Below, piece after piece: positions 26,901 to 37,340 of a stretch of 64,000 bases of DNA. Position 1 is the stretch's first letter, and each line of letters opens with the position of its first letter. The stretch is from Callorhinchus milii (Eukaryota). Location: contig NW_024704742.1 in NCBI RefSeq assembly GCF_018977255.1, positions 106,640,001 to 106,704,000 of the forward strand, read 5' to 3'. The notes beneath the pieces are model-generated. The model worked only from the letters and a program-made list of their open reading frames with translations, did no database searches and was not told the origin of the DNA. Position numbers and translations under genes: made by a program.

Positions 26901-29900
26901 TCTACACATTTGATGGCTGTTTGTGGGACATTACTCTGTGCAAATTGGCTGCTGCATTTGCCCACAAAAAGATTATTACTGCACTTCACAGTAAAGATTT
27001 TGTTAATCAGTTTAAGACGTTTCAATCACGTGATAAAGTGTTATATGAAATAATAATAATAATAATCCTCGCATTTGATATAGCGCTTTTCACGTCGGGA
27101 GGACGTCCCAAAGCGCTTCACAGAACACACTGTAAAGTGAATTGACTGTATATTTGTGGGCGAACGCGGCAGCCAATTGCGCACAGCAATGTCCCACAAA
27201 CAGTCGTAGATTGAAAATGACCAATTTATTATTGTTTTGGTTTTGGAGGGATTAGTATTAGGTGTGTGGAGTAAGGAAACTTGCCCAAGGTTTCGCTCTG
27301 CCTGGAATTGAACTCAGGTCTCTCGCTTGCAAAGCGAGTGCTCTAACCACTGAGCTACAGGACTCCACAAACGCAGGATTATCATTATCATTTTTATTAC
27401 CCAAACAGCAGGCAGTGAGCTGAGAATGTAGCCTTGGACTAATCCCTAGGAGATGTGTGTATGTGTGCGTGTGTTTGTGCACCAGCGCGCGTGCGTGCAT
27501 GTGCTTTTGCGTCCGTGTGTGCTTGTGGGTGCGTTTGACGTGTGGGTGCGTGTGTGGGTGCGCGTGCGTTTGCGTGCGAGTGTGAGTGAAGGTGGGTCTG
27601 TGGACAATCCTTCCTTTAATCCTGCCTCCTTCCTGTGGGAAAGGCTTTAGCTATGGAGAAGGTCTGTGGACAGATCTGCCTGGCTCAGCTGGTCTTGCCT
27701 CCAAATCAGAAGGTTCAAGCCCCACGTCGGGACCTTGAATTCACTCCAATACACTGATGGAGAAGCGCTGTGTGAGTGAGATGCTGTTCTAGAGATGAGG
27801 GGTTGGAAAAGATTTCATGGCACTATTTGAAAAGAAAAGGGAGGTTCTTCCGATGTCCTGGTCAACAATCTTATGTGAGGGGGGTTGAGCGGAGGGGTTG
27901 GGCTATATCAATCCTGCAAACCACATCTTCACAGCATCACAACCACAGTTCAATGTTCTGTCCCACTGACTGAGTCACAACACCCATAGATTAGGTACTT
28001 GCACAGTGGTGGTTTAACATAGGTTTGTTACTCACATTCCATCCTTTTATATAAGATGCAGTGTATATGTATATATATATATATATAAACAGGGTGACCA
28101 CAATTATATAAATATATAATAATAATCCTTGCATTTGATATAGCACCTTCTCACGTCATTGAGGCATCTCAAAGTGCTTCACAGAATACACTGTAAAGTG
28201 TATTTTGTGAGAGAAACACAGCAGCCAATTGCACACAGCAGTGTCCCACGTGGATCGAATGAGCACATTATTATAATTAATTTTGGAGGGGAAAGTGATC
28301 TGCCAATTGACTAACAACTGGGTTCCTAGTTGGTAAACAGAGGCGCATGGAGTAGGGAAACTTGTCTAGGATATATGATTGTACCAAATCAGGCTACTGT
28401 CTAATAACAGAATAAAAAATCAGGTTGTTACCAAACCTATTGGCAACAGTGAGAAAATACAAGCGTTTTCTCTGTCTGACATGGTTTTTGGCATTGCACA
28501 TGTACCAGCTACAGTGTGAGAGTTTCGGATTAGTGAAGAACAATGTGTTTTCATAATCTGTTTTGTTTATAATATTATTATTATATACAACAACAAAATT
28601 AAATGCGTGTAGCACCTTTCACATCGGGACGATGTCTCAAGGCACTGAATTATATATAATATAATATATATATGTTTTCTTTGTAAAAAAACATTTTGAG
28701 AAAATGCATCCATCTTGTGGAAATGGAATTCACATAAGTAAAAAAAATATAATGTTTGGTCACCCTGTATATATATTTATACATATTAGGGATGGAATGC
28801 AAGTAACAGATCCATGTTTAGAACTGTGCAAGTACCCAGTCTATGGGTGTTGTAACTCAGTCAGTGGGATAGAATATTGAACTGTGGTTGTAATATTTCA
28901 CCAAGTTAAGAATCTAATTTACTCTGTCCTCTCTGTGTCCTTTTGTATCTTCCAACAGATATTTATCCAGTTCACTTTTAAATACTACTATGGACTGAGC
29001 TCAACAGCCACTTGTGTTAAAGCATTCCATACTCTGTATAAACTTTCCTCCCTTTTTTGTTTACAATCCTCGATTGATGCCCTCTTGTTACTGACTGCTG
29101 ATCAGTGGACATTAAAGCATATTGTTTATGCCCTCTCTTGTTTGCAGAATCATGTCTGGGTGGACGTGACTCACCATAATGCCAGCCTCCCACCACTGGC
29201 TATCAAGAACCCCGAATGCCTTGGCCTCATTCGGCAGCTGGAGCGGAACAATGATGTGGGGGCTCAGCATTACTGTGTGCTGAAGGATGCCTGCATTTAT
29301 TTCTATGCAGGCATTCGCTCTACACATGCACTGGGTGAGCAATGAATAGAGCGAAACCATTATATACAACTTAGTAAAACATCACAGGGATTTTTTGAGA
29401 TATAATATGCCACGCAACACAATATGTGTATCTCATTGGGATCCTCCCAAAAAAGAGTTACTGTGGTCAGGGACAGGGGTGCCAAAGAGCTTTGTTGTCC
29501 AATTCTTTCAGTCAGATCTATTATTTTCATATGAACATATTGACAATCACAAAACTATTTTTGCTGCACCTCGAACAGTAAATTTTGATCCACCTTCAAA
29601 CCAATGATCCTTTACTTTAGACACGATTAATAGATGCATTAACATGTATATGTATCAATAAATTAAGTTATGTATTGCCAGTTCTGATATTAACACCAGT
29701 GATATCAGTTATCTCATTTTACTACTATGTAAATCACATGCTTTATATGTTCATGTGCTTGCATTTGACTTTTGTGAATTGCTCATCCAGCTTTTGGGAT
29801 TTGGAGGATGAGGGCTGAGTGCTATCAGAGTTTGAGTCTACTTGCTTCTGATATAAGTACCAACCTACTGGTCCTGTGCAACTCTGTACCTGCCATTAGT

Positions 29901-32900
29901 GGAAGTTATCTGCTCACTGATGTATGTGAGTAAATAACAGGGGGCATTTGTGAGGTTTCAGAATACCTCAGTTGTCTATATCCATTCTCCAGAGTTGAAA
30001 CCACCCTTAATATTTTCAGATCATTTTAACTGCACATCTCCAAGCAGGAATGAAAACACTTATAAGAGATGATATTACTATGTCAATGTCAATGAGATTG
30101 CCTCTGAGGATAGAAATGGAGCACACAGTAGAGAGCCTTTCGGCTCATCATTTGCTACTGAAGTAGCTCTGCATAAATGTCAGACTAAATTACAGGAATA
30201 GTCTGGCACATGTTGTCTCGATATCTAGCTGTGTTATGTTGCTGGAGAGCTGTCTTCCAAATAAAGATGCCCAGCCTTTACCCCATGGCCACATCCTCGA
30301 GTACTTGCACAGCTTTATCTGAACATTTCTCTTTGAGTTGTTGTTGCAAGATTTTCGCCTTTATCTCTGCACTCCACCTGTATTCGAGAAGCTTGCAAAC
30401 TTGCAGGGGGTCAGTCTGTTTAGGAGCTGCTTGAGGTGTGTGACCATCTGATTCTCCTCATTGGTTGCTATGTTTTGTTAACACTAACAAAATCACATTG
30501 CTCCTAGGTCTTAGAAATAGCTGTTATTTGTGCAATTTTGTTAAAATGTTCTGCAAACATATTTTTCTCCTGAGTTGTGCATCCCACATTTAATGAATAG
30601 GTAAAAACATCTGCTTATTATCACCCAAGACTTGATGACTAATCTGTTACTAAGGGAATTAATTGCACTTTATACATACTCTCTTGTCTTTATGATTACA
30701 AAATCAAGTTTTCAGACAGTCTTTCCATTACACATCTCTGTGTATAGAGTTATTCTTGTTTACTCAACTGAATGCTGGAAATATCTAAGACTCCCTAATT
30801 AAATCCTCACTTTGTCATCCATCTTTCATAGCTTAGTAACCCAACAGCTGTTTGGTGGCTCTGCCTTTCTTTAATCTTCAAGCTCCCAGTACAAAGGAAA
30901 TCAAAATGATTTTAATGTTATGCCTTGAATAAATGCCTTTGCCTTGACACCTATCAACTTGAATTAATGGTACATTATTATAATTTTTTAAGAAACAATG
31001 AGATCTGTCTGGGCAACTTGGTATTTAAGAGTAAGAACAACACAGTGCAGATCAGTCATTGTTGGGTTTAATTCCTAGCCCTGTGTAAGACATTTAACAA
31101 GTTATGGCATGAATGGGGCTCAGGGAAACAAATTAAGGCAGGAAGAAGTGGAATTAAAAAGGATCGTACAACAAAAACTAATGAAAAATAGTAAAGGATG
31201 TCTTGCTCCTTGAAAGTCTGGAGAGAGAGCTCTGCAGAATTGCCATGAGCCCGTGATTGACTGGAAAGACAGATTAAATGAGACTGAAAGATGAACCAGA
31301 AAGAGAAAGGATTTCATGCTTCATGAAAAAAAATCTATACTTTGCTCACAAAGAAGATTCTTTGTTCTACAACCACTGCAGCTGTGGAAAATTCCTATGT
31401 CCAGCTTTGTATTTTATGCCACTGTTTCATCCTGCAGCACATGTGGATGGATGGCTTGTGTATACGAGCTGTGACTATTCTATACCTCTTGGCTGATAAT
31501 TGAAACAGATATTATCCATTTTTTTATGAGCCAAAATTTTGCAGGGCCCTAATAGCACAAGATAGTATAAGCAGACCCAACGGAGTCAACTCAATCGGAA
31601 TGAACTGCAGTTGTATTTAGCAGCATTGCATCTTTTTAATGCAAAGAAGGACAATGTTTGTGAATAAAAACATGAATTCACAACCAAATATGAATAAGGC
31701 AATTACCAGACAACTTTACTTCAGGGAACTTTTTTGCAATTCAGCTGCCATTTTTTTGGCAAGCGGACATCAGAAAATACTTTAACCTCAGTTTACAGAT
31801 GCACAAACGACTTGATGTCATTGCAAGTGGCATTAGTTCGATTCAATCAGTAGTGCTTTTTGCCTCCAGGTCAGAAGGCTGTTGGTTCAAGCTTACATTT
31901 GAACAAGCTCAGGTTTGAGGAGGCACTGAACATTGTGATGCTATTGTGATGCTTATGGAAAATATGACATAATCCACTGTATTGGCAAGCTGTTTAGCTG
32001 TTTGCAGTCCTTACTCTTCTCATTTTACCCACAGGAGGGATTTATTTGCACGGTTACGCAATAACTGAGCAAACACTTGGGTCAAAGCGTTCTGTAATTG
32101 AAGCCAAACCACCTTCTGAAGAGTTTAAAACCTTCTACCTGTGTGCAGACAATGGAGCTGACAACAATCGGTAAGTTGGAAAACTCCTCAGAGTGACACA
32201 GTGACTGTCCATCAGGTGATTATAGAAACAGAAATTTTCAATAAGAGTTCCATTCCATATCACCACCTCTATTAATAAATCACCTGTTTTAATACTATTT
32301 TCTAGCTCTTTCTCCATATTCACAAATGCTGTTATCACTTTATAACAACTCAATGGTAAATATCATTGTTTTGCAATAAACCATCAGAAATGACCACAAA
32401 ATCAAAACTTGCCCATGGTAGAAAGTGATCACTGTAAGGTATCTGTTGCAACATTTCAGAATCTCAGACTCCCACTATACCAGTGTTCACCAATGATACA
32501 GGATTTATGGCTTTCTTTGCTGGTGTAAATATGTATGTGTGAGTGTAAAGAAAACCACAACAATTTGCATTTATATAGCGCCCTTCACGCAGGACAGCAC
32601 ACATTCAAACAGTTGTCTTGTGCTTTGGTTGGGCAGTGTGCATCCCATTCTGTTTGTTCATGGTTGGTTGGTGGTTTGAATTTGTTTTCCATGACAACCC
32701 TTTCGATCTGTGTTTCTGTGACTAGAATGGGAAATGTGTCTGCCTCTGCAGCTGTGACCTTTGCTGAGGGAGTGATAGTAAAGTGACCTCCAAAACCCTG
32801 CAGATCCAAAGAAGACTCTCCTTATTTCCACACCACCCAAGTTACTGAACCTTTGAATCAATCCCAGAAAAGATTAAGATTAATCTTAAAAATTATTTAA

Positions 32901-33179
32901 TTTAAACCCAACAATCTAATGATGCTCACGGGAAGTGGTTTTAGATTTGCAGCAATAAAATCAAAGTAAATGGGATTTTTCTTAAGAGGTTTACTAGCCT
33001 GGGATTGTAATTCAGATACAGTACTGTATTGCATAAACAACTCTGTAAGCAAACTGATATTTGATCTTTTCCCCTTCAGCTGGATCGCAGCATTAAAAAC
33101 ATCTATAAGTAAATGGCTACCTTTACACCAGGCAATTCACATCTTCATGAACAGTCCATTGGAGGAAACGCGCATGTGA
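171..33179 (+). CDS. PDZPH1: PDZ and pleckstrin homology domains 1 orthologue; spliced CDS of 11 exons (171-2933, 3825-3983, 13333-13500, 17964-18065, 19113-19223, 22123-22301, 25917-26074, 26486-26528, 29148-29334, 32035-32170, 33080-33179); 5' end probably upstream of the window
   Basis: Exons joined by hand: every junction is AG/GT and phases match (1,1,1,1,1,0,2,0,1,2). The 4106 nt read without a stop to TGA at 33177-33179. PDZ + PH + PH architecture. Convergent with MACIR and near PPIP5K2, as for human PDZPH1P. Confidence 0.9.
3825..3983 (+). CDS. PDZPH1: PDZPH1 coding exon (VLKDG...[32 protein letters not shown])
   Basis: ctgacccag| acceptor, cag|gtgagg donor, 159 nt, phase 1-1; ORF 3824..4018. 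Confidence 0.88.
5095..6960 (-). mobile_element. L2-clade LINE, 5'-truncated, decayed ORF2 (reverse transcriptase) with 3' tail
   Basis: [41 protein letters not shown] and [15 protein letters not shown] in broken ORFs; tail gcgctatataaatgtaat(ttg)n. Confidence 0.93.
7915..8700 (-). mobile_element. Old Deu-domain SINE (7915-8270) followed by a longer-variant tRNA SINE (8389-8700)
   Basis: tRNA heads at 8200-8270 and 8630-8700 on minus; shared 3' tails. Confidence 0.7.
8935..9890 (-). mobile_element. L2 3' fragment interrupted by a SINE at 9341-9672
   Basis: [22 protein letters not shown]...LARLH on one side, [14 protein letters not shown] and the (ttg)n tail on the other. Confidence 0.85.
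9341..9672 (+). mobile_element. Full-length young tRNA-Ala-derived SINE
   Basis: A-box tagctcagtgg, TTTGCAA anticodon-like loop, B-box gagttcaattcc, L2-like 3' end, (TTA)n tail; near-identical copies elsewhere in the window. Confidence 0.92.
10410..10815 (+). mobile_element. Old Deu-domain (SacSINE/AmnSINE-like) tRNA SINE
   Basis: ggctcagttagcagcactctc head; gtgctgcattgttggaaatgccgtcctttgaatgagacattaa central block; L2-like tail. Confidence 0.7.
10849..11403. repeat. Unclassified interspersed repeat, copy A (inverted relative to copy B at 19633-20170)
   Basis: Collinear reverse-complement similarity, e.g. agagatagattgttggaatggaatgtgcactctctccct; both copies translate to [16 protein letters not shown]. 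Confidence 0.85.
13333..13500 (+). CDS. PDZPH1: PDZPH1 coding exon ([10 protein letters not shown]...[18 protein letters not shown]...RPRPVA)
   Basis: tccgcag| acceptor, caa|gtatga donor, 168 nt, phase 1-1. Confidence 0.88.
14624..17890 (-). mobile_element. CR1-clade LINE, near full length but decayed (ORF1 esterase-like remnant; ORF2 APE endonuclease and RT)
   Basis: VVVIGD...[10 protein letters not shown]; [29 protein letters not shown]; [15 protein letters not shown]; [30 protein letters not shown]; [11 protein letters not shown]; CR1 3' end at 14624-14700. Confidence 0.95.
17964..18065 (+). CDS. PDZPH1: PDZPH1 coding exon, PDZ N-terminal half ([34 protein letters not shown])
   Basis: ttctacag| acceptor, caa|gtgagt donor; PWGF carboxylate-binding loop. 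Confidence 0.92.
18076..18265. mobile_element. Penelope-like inverted-repeat remnant (61-bp arms)
   Basis: Arms 18076-18136 and 18176-18236 are reverse complements with one mismatch; gatgctgcctgacctgctgag motif is typical of chondrichthyan Penelope-type remnants (recalled). Confidence 0.7.
18610..18925 (+). mobile_element. L2 3' fragment
   Basis: [13 protein letters not shown]...[14 protein letters not shown] plus tail. Confidence 0.8.
19113..19223 (+). CDS. PDZPH1: PDZPH1 coding exon, PDZ C-terminal half ([38 protein letters not shown])
   Basis: ggtttcag| acceptor, aag|gtacgg donor; AGL.VGD.V..VN and H..A PDZ motifs; missing from the ORF track. Confidence 0.92.
19279..19456. repeat. Long imperfect palindrome (MITE-like), ~83-bp arms, 12-nt loop
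   Basis: ggaattttcac...ctgctgacaat pairs with attgtcagcag...gtgaaaattcc. Confidence 0.88.
19633..20170. repeat. Unclassified interspersed repeat, copy B
   Basis: Reverse complement of 10849-11403. Confidence 0.85.
22123..22301 (+). CDS. PDZPH1: PDZPH1 coding exon, PDZ end and PH1 start ([10 protein letters not shown]...[37 protein letters not shown])
   Basis: tttctag| acceptor, aag|gtgaga donor; canonical PH beta1-beta3 pattern. Confidence 0.93.
24419..24838. repeat. Minisatellite, 21-bp unit CATCCCAGGCCAGGCTATTGG x20
   Basis: Direct reading; three units carry the same G>A variant. Confidence 0.97.
25917..26074 (+). CDS. PDZPH1: PDZPH1 coding exon, PH1 middle ([18 protein letters not shown]...PFVFKC...[12 protein letters not shown])
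   Basis: ttatag| acceptor, aaa|gtaagg donor, phase 0-2. Confidence 0.9.
26486..26528 (+). CDS. PDZPH1: PDZPH1 43-nt coding exon, PH1 C-terminal helix ([14 protein letters not shown])
   Basis: gtttcag| acceptor, cag|gtacat donor; conserved PH tryptophan. Confidence 0.9.
27051..27368 (-). mobile_element. Full-length young tRNA-Ala SINE; partial plus-strand copies at 26693-26806 and 26915-27045
   Basis: Reverse complement of the 9341-9672 family. Confidence 0.92.
27939..28891. mobile_element. Composite inverted-repeat element: ~105-bp outer arms, inner 11-bp inverted repeats in TA runs, internal SINE fragment
   Basis: 27939-28044 is the reverse complement of 28789-28891; CAGGGTGACCA at 28090-28100 and TGGTCACCCTG at 28757-28767. 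Confidence 0.72.
29148..29334 (+). CDS. PDZPH1: PDZPH1 coding exon, PH2 start ([26 protein letters not shown]...[13 protein letters not shown]...HALG)
   Basis: tttgcag| acceptor, tgg|gtgagc donor, phase 0-1. Confidence 0.9.
32035..32170 (+). CDS. PDZPH1: PDZPH1 coding exon, PH2 middle (GGIYLHGY...[21 protein letters not shown])
   Basis: cccacag| acceptor, tcg|gtaagt donor, phase 1-2. Confidence 0.9.
33080..33179 (+). CDS. PDZPH1: PDZPH1 last coding exon ([32 protein letters not shown])
   Basis: cccttcag| acceptor; PH helix WIAAL; TGA at 33177-33179. Confidence 0.92.
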
Positions 33180-33880
33180 AATGAATTCCTGCTCAACTGT
33201 TTTGCTCTCCGAATAAATTCCTTTACAGCACTGATTCCTGTGCTATTAATGTTTGCGAGTGCACATTCACATGACGTTCAACAAACATTCTGAGTGAAGG
33301 TTTTTACACTGGAGGATCACGTCCCTTCATAGGGTGACAAACGGAAATTGTTTTTTTTGAAAGGATTAAATGGGTTTATCTGCAAGAAAATTATTTTCAT
33401 TTTTTCAGTACATTTGTAGGCAGGGAGATGTGCAAAGAGACAGAGTGAAGTAATTCCACATAACTCCTCTTAAAAAGGGTAATTCTCCACAAAAGCAAAA
33501 CACCTCTAAAGAAGTTCAATAAGCGGGGTTCAAACACTGCTTGAGATTAGTGGCAGCCCCCACTCCTCACTTGCTATAAGATGTCCCAAGTATTGCATCT
33601 TTAGCAGCAACAGATGGAACTAATCTCACAATATATAGAAGGGTCAGGGGACAGTTAACTTTGAGCCTGTCTTTAGGCATACAATTTAACTACATTTTCA
33701 GCCTATAATCATATACCACATTTTCCCAATATATAAATCCTGTATATTTTATTATTAGAATACACGTTATTAATCAGAAAGTTTTTTTTAATGGTAATTA
33801 GGGTTGATTTATTTGTAGGGTTTTTTGGGGTGTGGGGGATAATTATAGTAGTGAAACTAATCCTGAACATCAGGATTACT

Positions 33881-34615
33881 CAGCTAGAGCACTGTGTTCA
33901 GTTCTGGGCACCACACTTTAGGAAGGATGTCAAGGCATTGGAGAGGGTGCAAAGGAGATTTACCAGGATGGTACCAGAAATGAGAGACTTCAGTTATCAG
34001 GAGAGGCTAGAGAAGCTAGGATTATTCTCCTTGGAGCAGAGAAGGTTAAGAGAAGACTTAATAGAAGTTTTTCAAAATTAACAGGGTTTCAATAGGATGA
34101 ACAAAGAAAAACTATTTTCACTGGCGGGTGGGGCGGTAACCTGAGGACACTGATTTAAAATAGTTGTTAAAAGAAACAGAGGGGAGGCGAGGAGAAATTT
34201 TAAGGAATACATTTCCTGAAATGGTGATGAAAGCCGATTCGATAACAGCTTTTAAGAGAGAAATAGACAATTATTTGGGGAGGACAAGTTTGCAGGGCTA
34301 TGCGGAGAGAGCGGGGGAGTGGGAATAATAATCCCTCCAAAAAACAAAAACAATAATAAATTGGTCATTTTCAATCTACGACTGTTTGTGGGACATTGCT
34401 GTGCGCAATTGGCTGCCCACAAATATACAGTTAATTCACTTTACAGTGTGTTCTGTGAAGCGCTTTGGGACGTCCTCCCGACGTGAAAAGTGCTACATCA
34501 AATGCAAGGATTATTATTATTATTATTGATTTGGATAGCTCTTTTCAAAGAGCTGTCACAGACACGATGGGTCGAATGGCCTCCTTCTGTGCTGTATAAT
34601 TCTATGATTGTATGA
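33881..34615 (+). mobile_element. CR1 3' fragment in the PDZPH1 3' region, interrupted by a 5'-truncated SINE (34324-34527)
   Basis: LEHCVQFWAPHFRKDVKALERVQRRFTRMVP...LFSLEQRRLREDLIEVF; gaatggcctccttctgtgctg...ttctatgatt tail. Confidence 0.9.
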
Positions 34616-35976
34616 TACTGTTTGTTTTTGGCATCATGGTGAGTGAGCAACAAACATGAGAAAAAGATAGCTTGGAATTCCCTGAAACCTCGGTTCAGGA
34701 AAAGGATACCTAGAATTCCTCAACCCAAGAGATCTGAACCGTGAAACCCTCCAGTGTCAGCCCACAGAGCCTGGATTTCTGTGTAACTGCTGATACTTAT
34801 GGATGTAACTACAAAAAATATTAATCAGTAACTGGAAAAAAAATCTCTCCCTGAGAGTAAGTGTGATTTTTTTCTCTGGCTTACTGACTGGGCCTGTCAC
34901 CTTCAGCATGTTTCCATAGCTAAGCACAGAAGCAAGCCGCTCCTGCAATTCTCGTTGCTTTTAGTGGAGCAGTGGGGATGCTTAGTATCACAGATAAACA
35001 ACTCAACAGCATTTAACCCCAAGCTTACCCAACATGCCCTAAATACAGGAAGCCAGAACTGCGTGGTGATTTTTAAAACAAATCCATATACTTGTATATT
35101 TGTTCTGAATTAAACACAATGGTATATGGCAATCATTGGGTAAAACTTCTATGCAGTGCTGCACACAACATCTTTGCACATTGCTGAAGGGGCCGTTGTA
35201 AGTTTGAATGGAATTTTTACCCCAACGTGTGTTACATTATATGAAAGCTAACAGGACCCACAGTATAATATAAAGATATTTTTGAATAAAATAAATGACC
35301 ATCAAAAGGCTGCCCAGCTTTTTGGCACTATATTTACAAGACTAAACACAAAAAGATTGTGCACCAGCATTTGTAGTTTACTGCATCCTATGAATACTCG
35401 CCAATAAGAAATGTAGCATCTTAAGATTCCATTTGTTAATTTGAAGATGCAATGAGATGGATGCGAAAATTGTTTGCACATGTTATGGGAAATGACCAGC
35501 ATCAGAGGCTTTAGGGAGGAGGGATTCGTTCTTTTAAAAAGCATTTATCATGATTATATGCAAAACCTGTGATATTGAAGAAGCAAAGAATATGTTGAAA
35601 GGAAGGGAACTGGCCTTGGTGCCAACCAGCCAACTACTTACTACTGCAGCAGTGAGTAGACATCAGCTGAGCCTCCAGCAGTGGATGACTTAGCTATTAT
35701 GGACTGCATAACTGCCAAAGCAAAGCTACTTGGATAATCGGCACGCAGTGATTTTAGACCTACACAGTGCTGGAAATGTGGGAGGTTAATTTAAGTTGCA
35801 AACCTATTTATAGTTGCTTCTTGAGGAATCTGTATAGGAGCAGAGTGTTGCAAACAACAAGGATGTAATAGAATTAATAGATTCTAAAGACAGCTTGTCA
35901 ACTCAATGTTTCTGTGAAGATAGTTTGAGGGACAATTGCACCACAATGTATTTGATTATTCACATTTTAGTCTGCA

Positions 35977-35982
35977 AATAAA
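35977..35982 (+). terminator. Candidate polyadenylation signal for PDZPH1
   Basis: AATAAA followed by a T/GT-rich tract (35990-36035); alternatives at 33212, 35285 and 36066. Confidence 0.4.
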
Positions 35983-36689
35983 ATGAATGTTTTTTGCACT
36001 TTTTTCATTCTTATGTTTCTTTTCTCTGGGTTGATCAGTATTAACTTTCTTGGATATTTGGACCCAATAAAAAATGGAATTCAATGGATATCTGTCCTGT
36101 GCTTCTTATACTTCTAGAGTGCTCTGAATACTATGACTTCAATGAGTTTGATCTTATCTAGCTTAGAGACATGAAAGCTACCTGAAGATCTCACTGTAAG
36201 GAATTCAGACTAACTCACTAGTTCACTCCAGTGGCTGGAGACCTCGACTTAATTATAATAATAATAATCCTTAGTAATCCTTACATTAGCTATAGCTCCT
36301 ATTACATCGAGAGATCATCTGAAAATGCTTCACAGGAAATACTGTGAAGATGAGTGACTGTGTTTTGTGTGCGAAAGCATCAGTCAATTTGTACATAGCA
36401 ATGCCCCACAAACAGCCATTAAGTGAATGATCAATTTCATTTGGGGGATTGGTGGACAAGACTACTTGGAGAAACTCCCTTCTCTTTTTGATTTAACACC
36501 ATGACTTTAACATCAATAGAGTCTCAGTTTAACACCTTATCCAAAGGATGGCACCTCCAACATTACAGGACATCTTCAGTACTACATTAGAGTATCAGGC
36601 TAGACTATAACAGGACTAGACAATGCACATGCCTTCTGTTGCGTTGAGGAAGGGAACTCGTGACAGCTTAGTTGCCATTATCAGAGCCT

Positions 36690-37340
36690 CCACAGCTCAG
36701 GCACTGCCAGCATCACCATCCAAGGTTGCACACTCCACCTCACTGAGCTAGTACGGAATCTTGGCATCTTGTTTGACCCTCAACTTTCCTTTCTACCCTA
36801 CATCCGTGCCATGACCCTCTCTGCCTTCCCCAGCTCTGCCACTACCTCACCTCTCAGGCTGCCGAAACCCTCGTCCACGCATTTATTACATCTAGGCTCG
36901 ACTACGCCAACTCTTTGCTTGTTGGGCTTCCCAACTCTTCCCTACACATGTTGCAGATCATCCAGAACTCTGCAGCTCGCATTTTCTCTCACACCAGGCT
37001 CCATGACCCTATCACCCCCACCCTTGCCTGGCTCCACTGGCTCCCCATCCTCCAGAGGATTGAATTCAAAATCTTCATCCTTGCCTTCAAAGCCCTCTGC
37101 AGCCTTGCTCCTTTCTACCTCTGTGACCTGCTAATGCTTTATCAATCAGCCTGTTTCCTCTGCTCCGTAGGCTCCAGCCTGCTCCACGTCCCCCGCTCGG
37201 CCTGACCCACAATCAGCGTTCAGACCTTCAGCCTCTCTGTCCTCACCCTCTTGAACTCCATCCCACACTCCTGTCGCCTGAATGTCCAGCGCCTTGGGAT
37301 GTCCTACTGATGTGAAAGGAGCTATACAAATGTAATTTGT
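36690..37340 (+). mobile_element. L2 3' fragment, preceded by a decayed Deu-SINE on minus (36245-36610)
   Basis: LQIIQNSAARI...LHWLPILQRIEFKI; (ttg)n tail. Confidence 0.85.

Noticed and set aside
21573-27590. GGCA repeat (21573-21622), purine-rich tract (23455-23590) and GT/GC repeat (27453-27590)
   Set aside because: Ordinary simple repeats with no further structure
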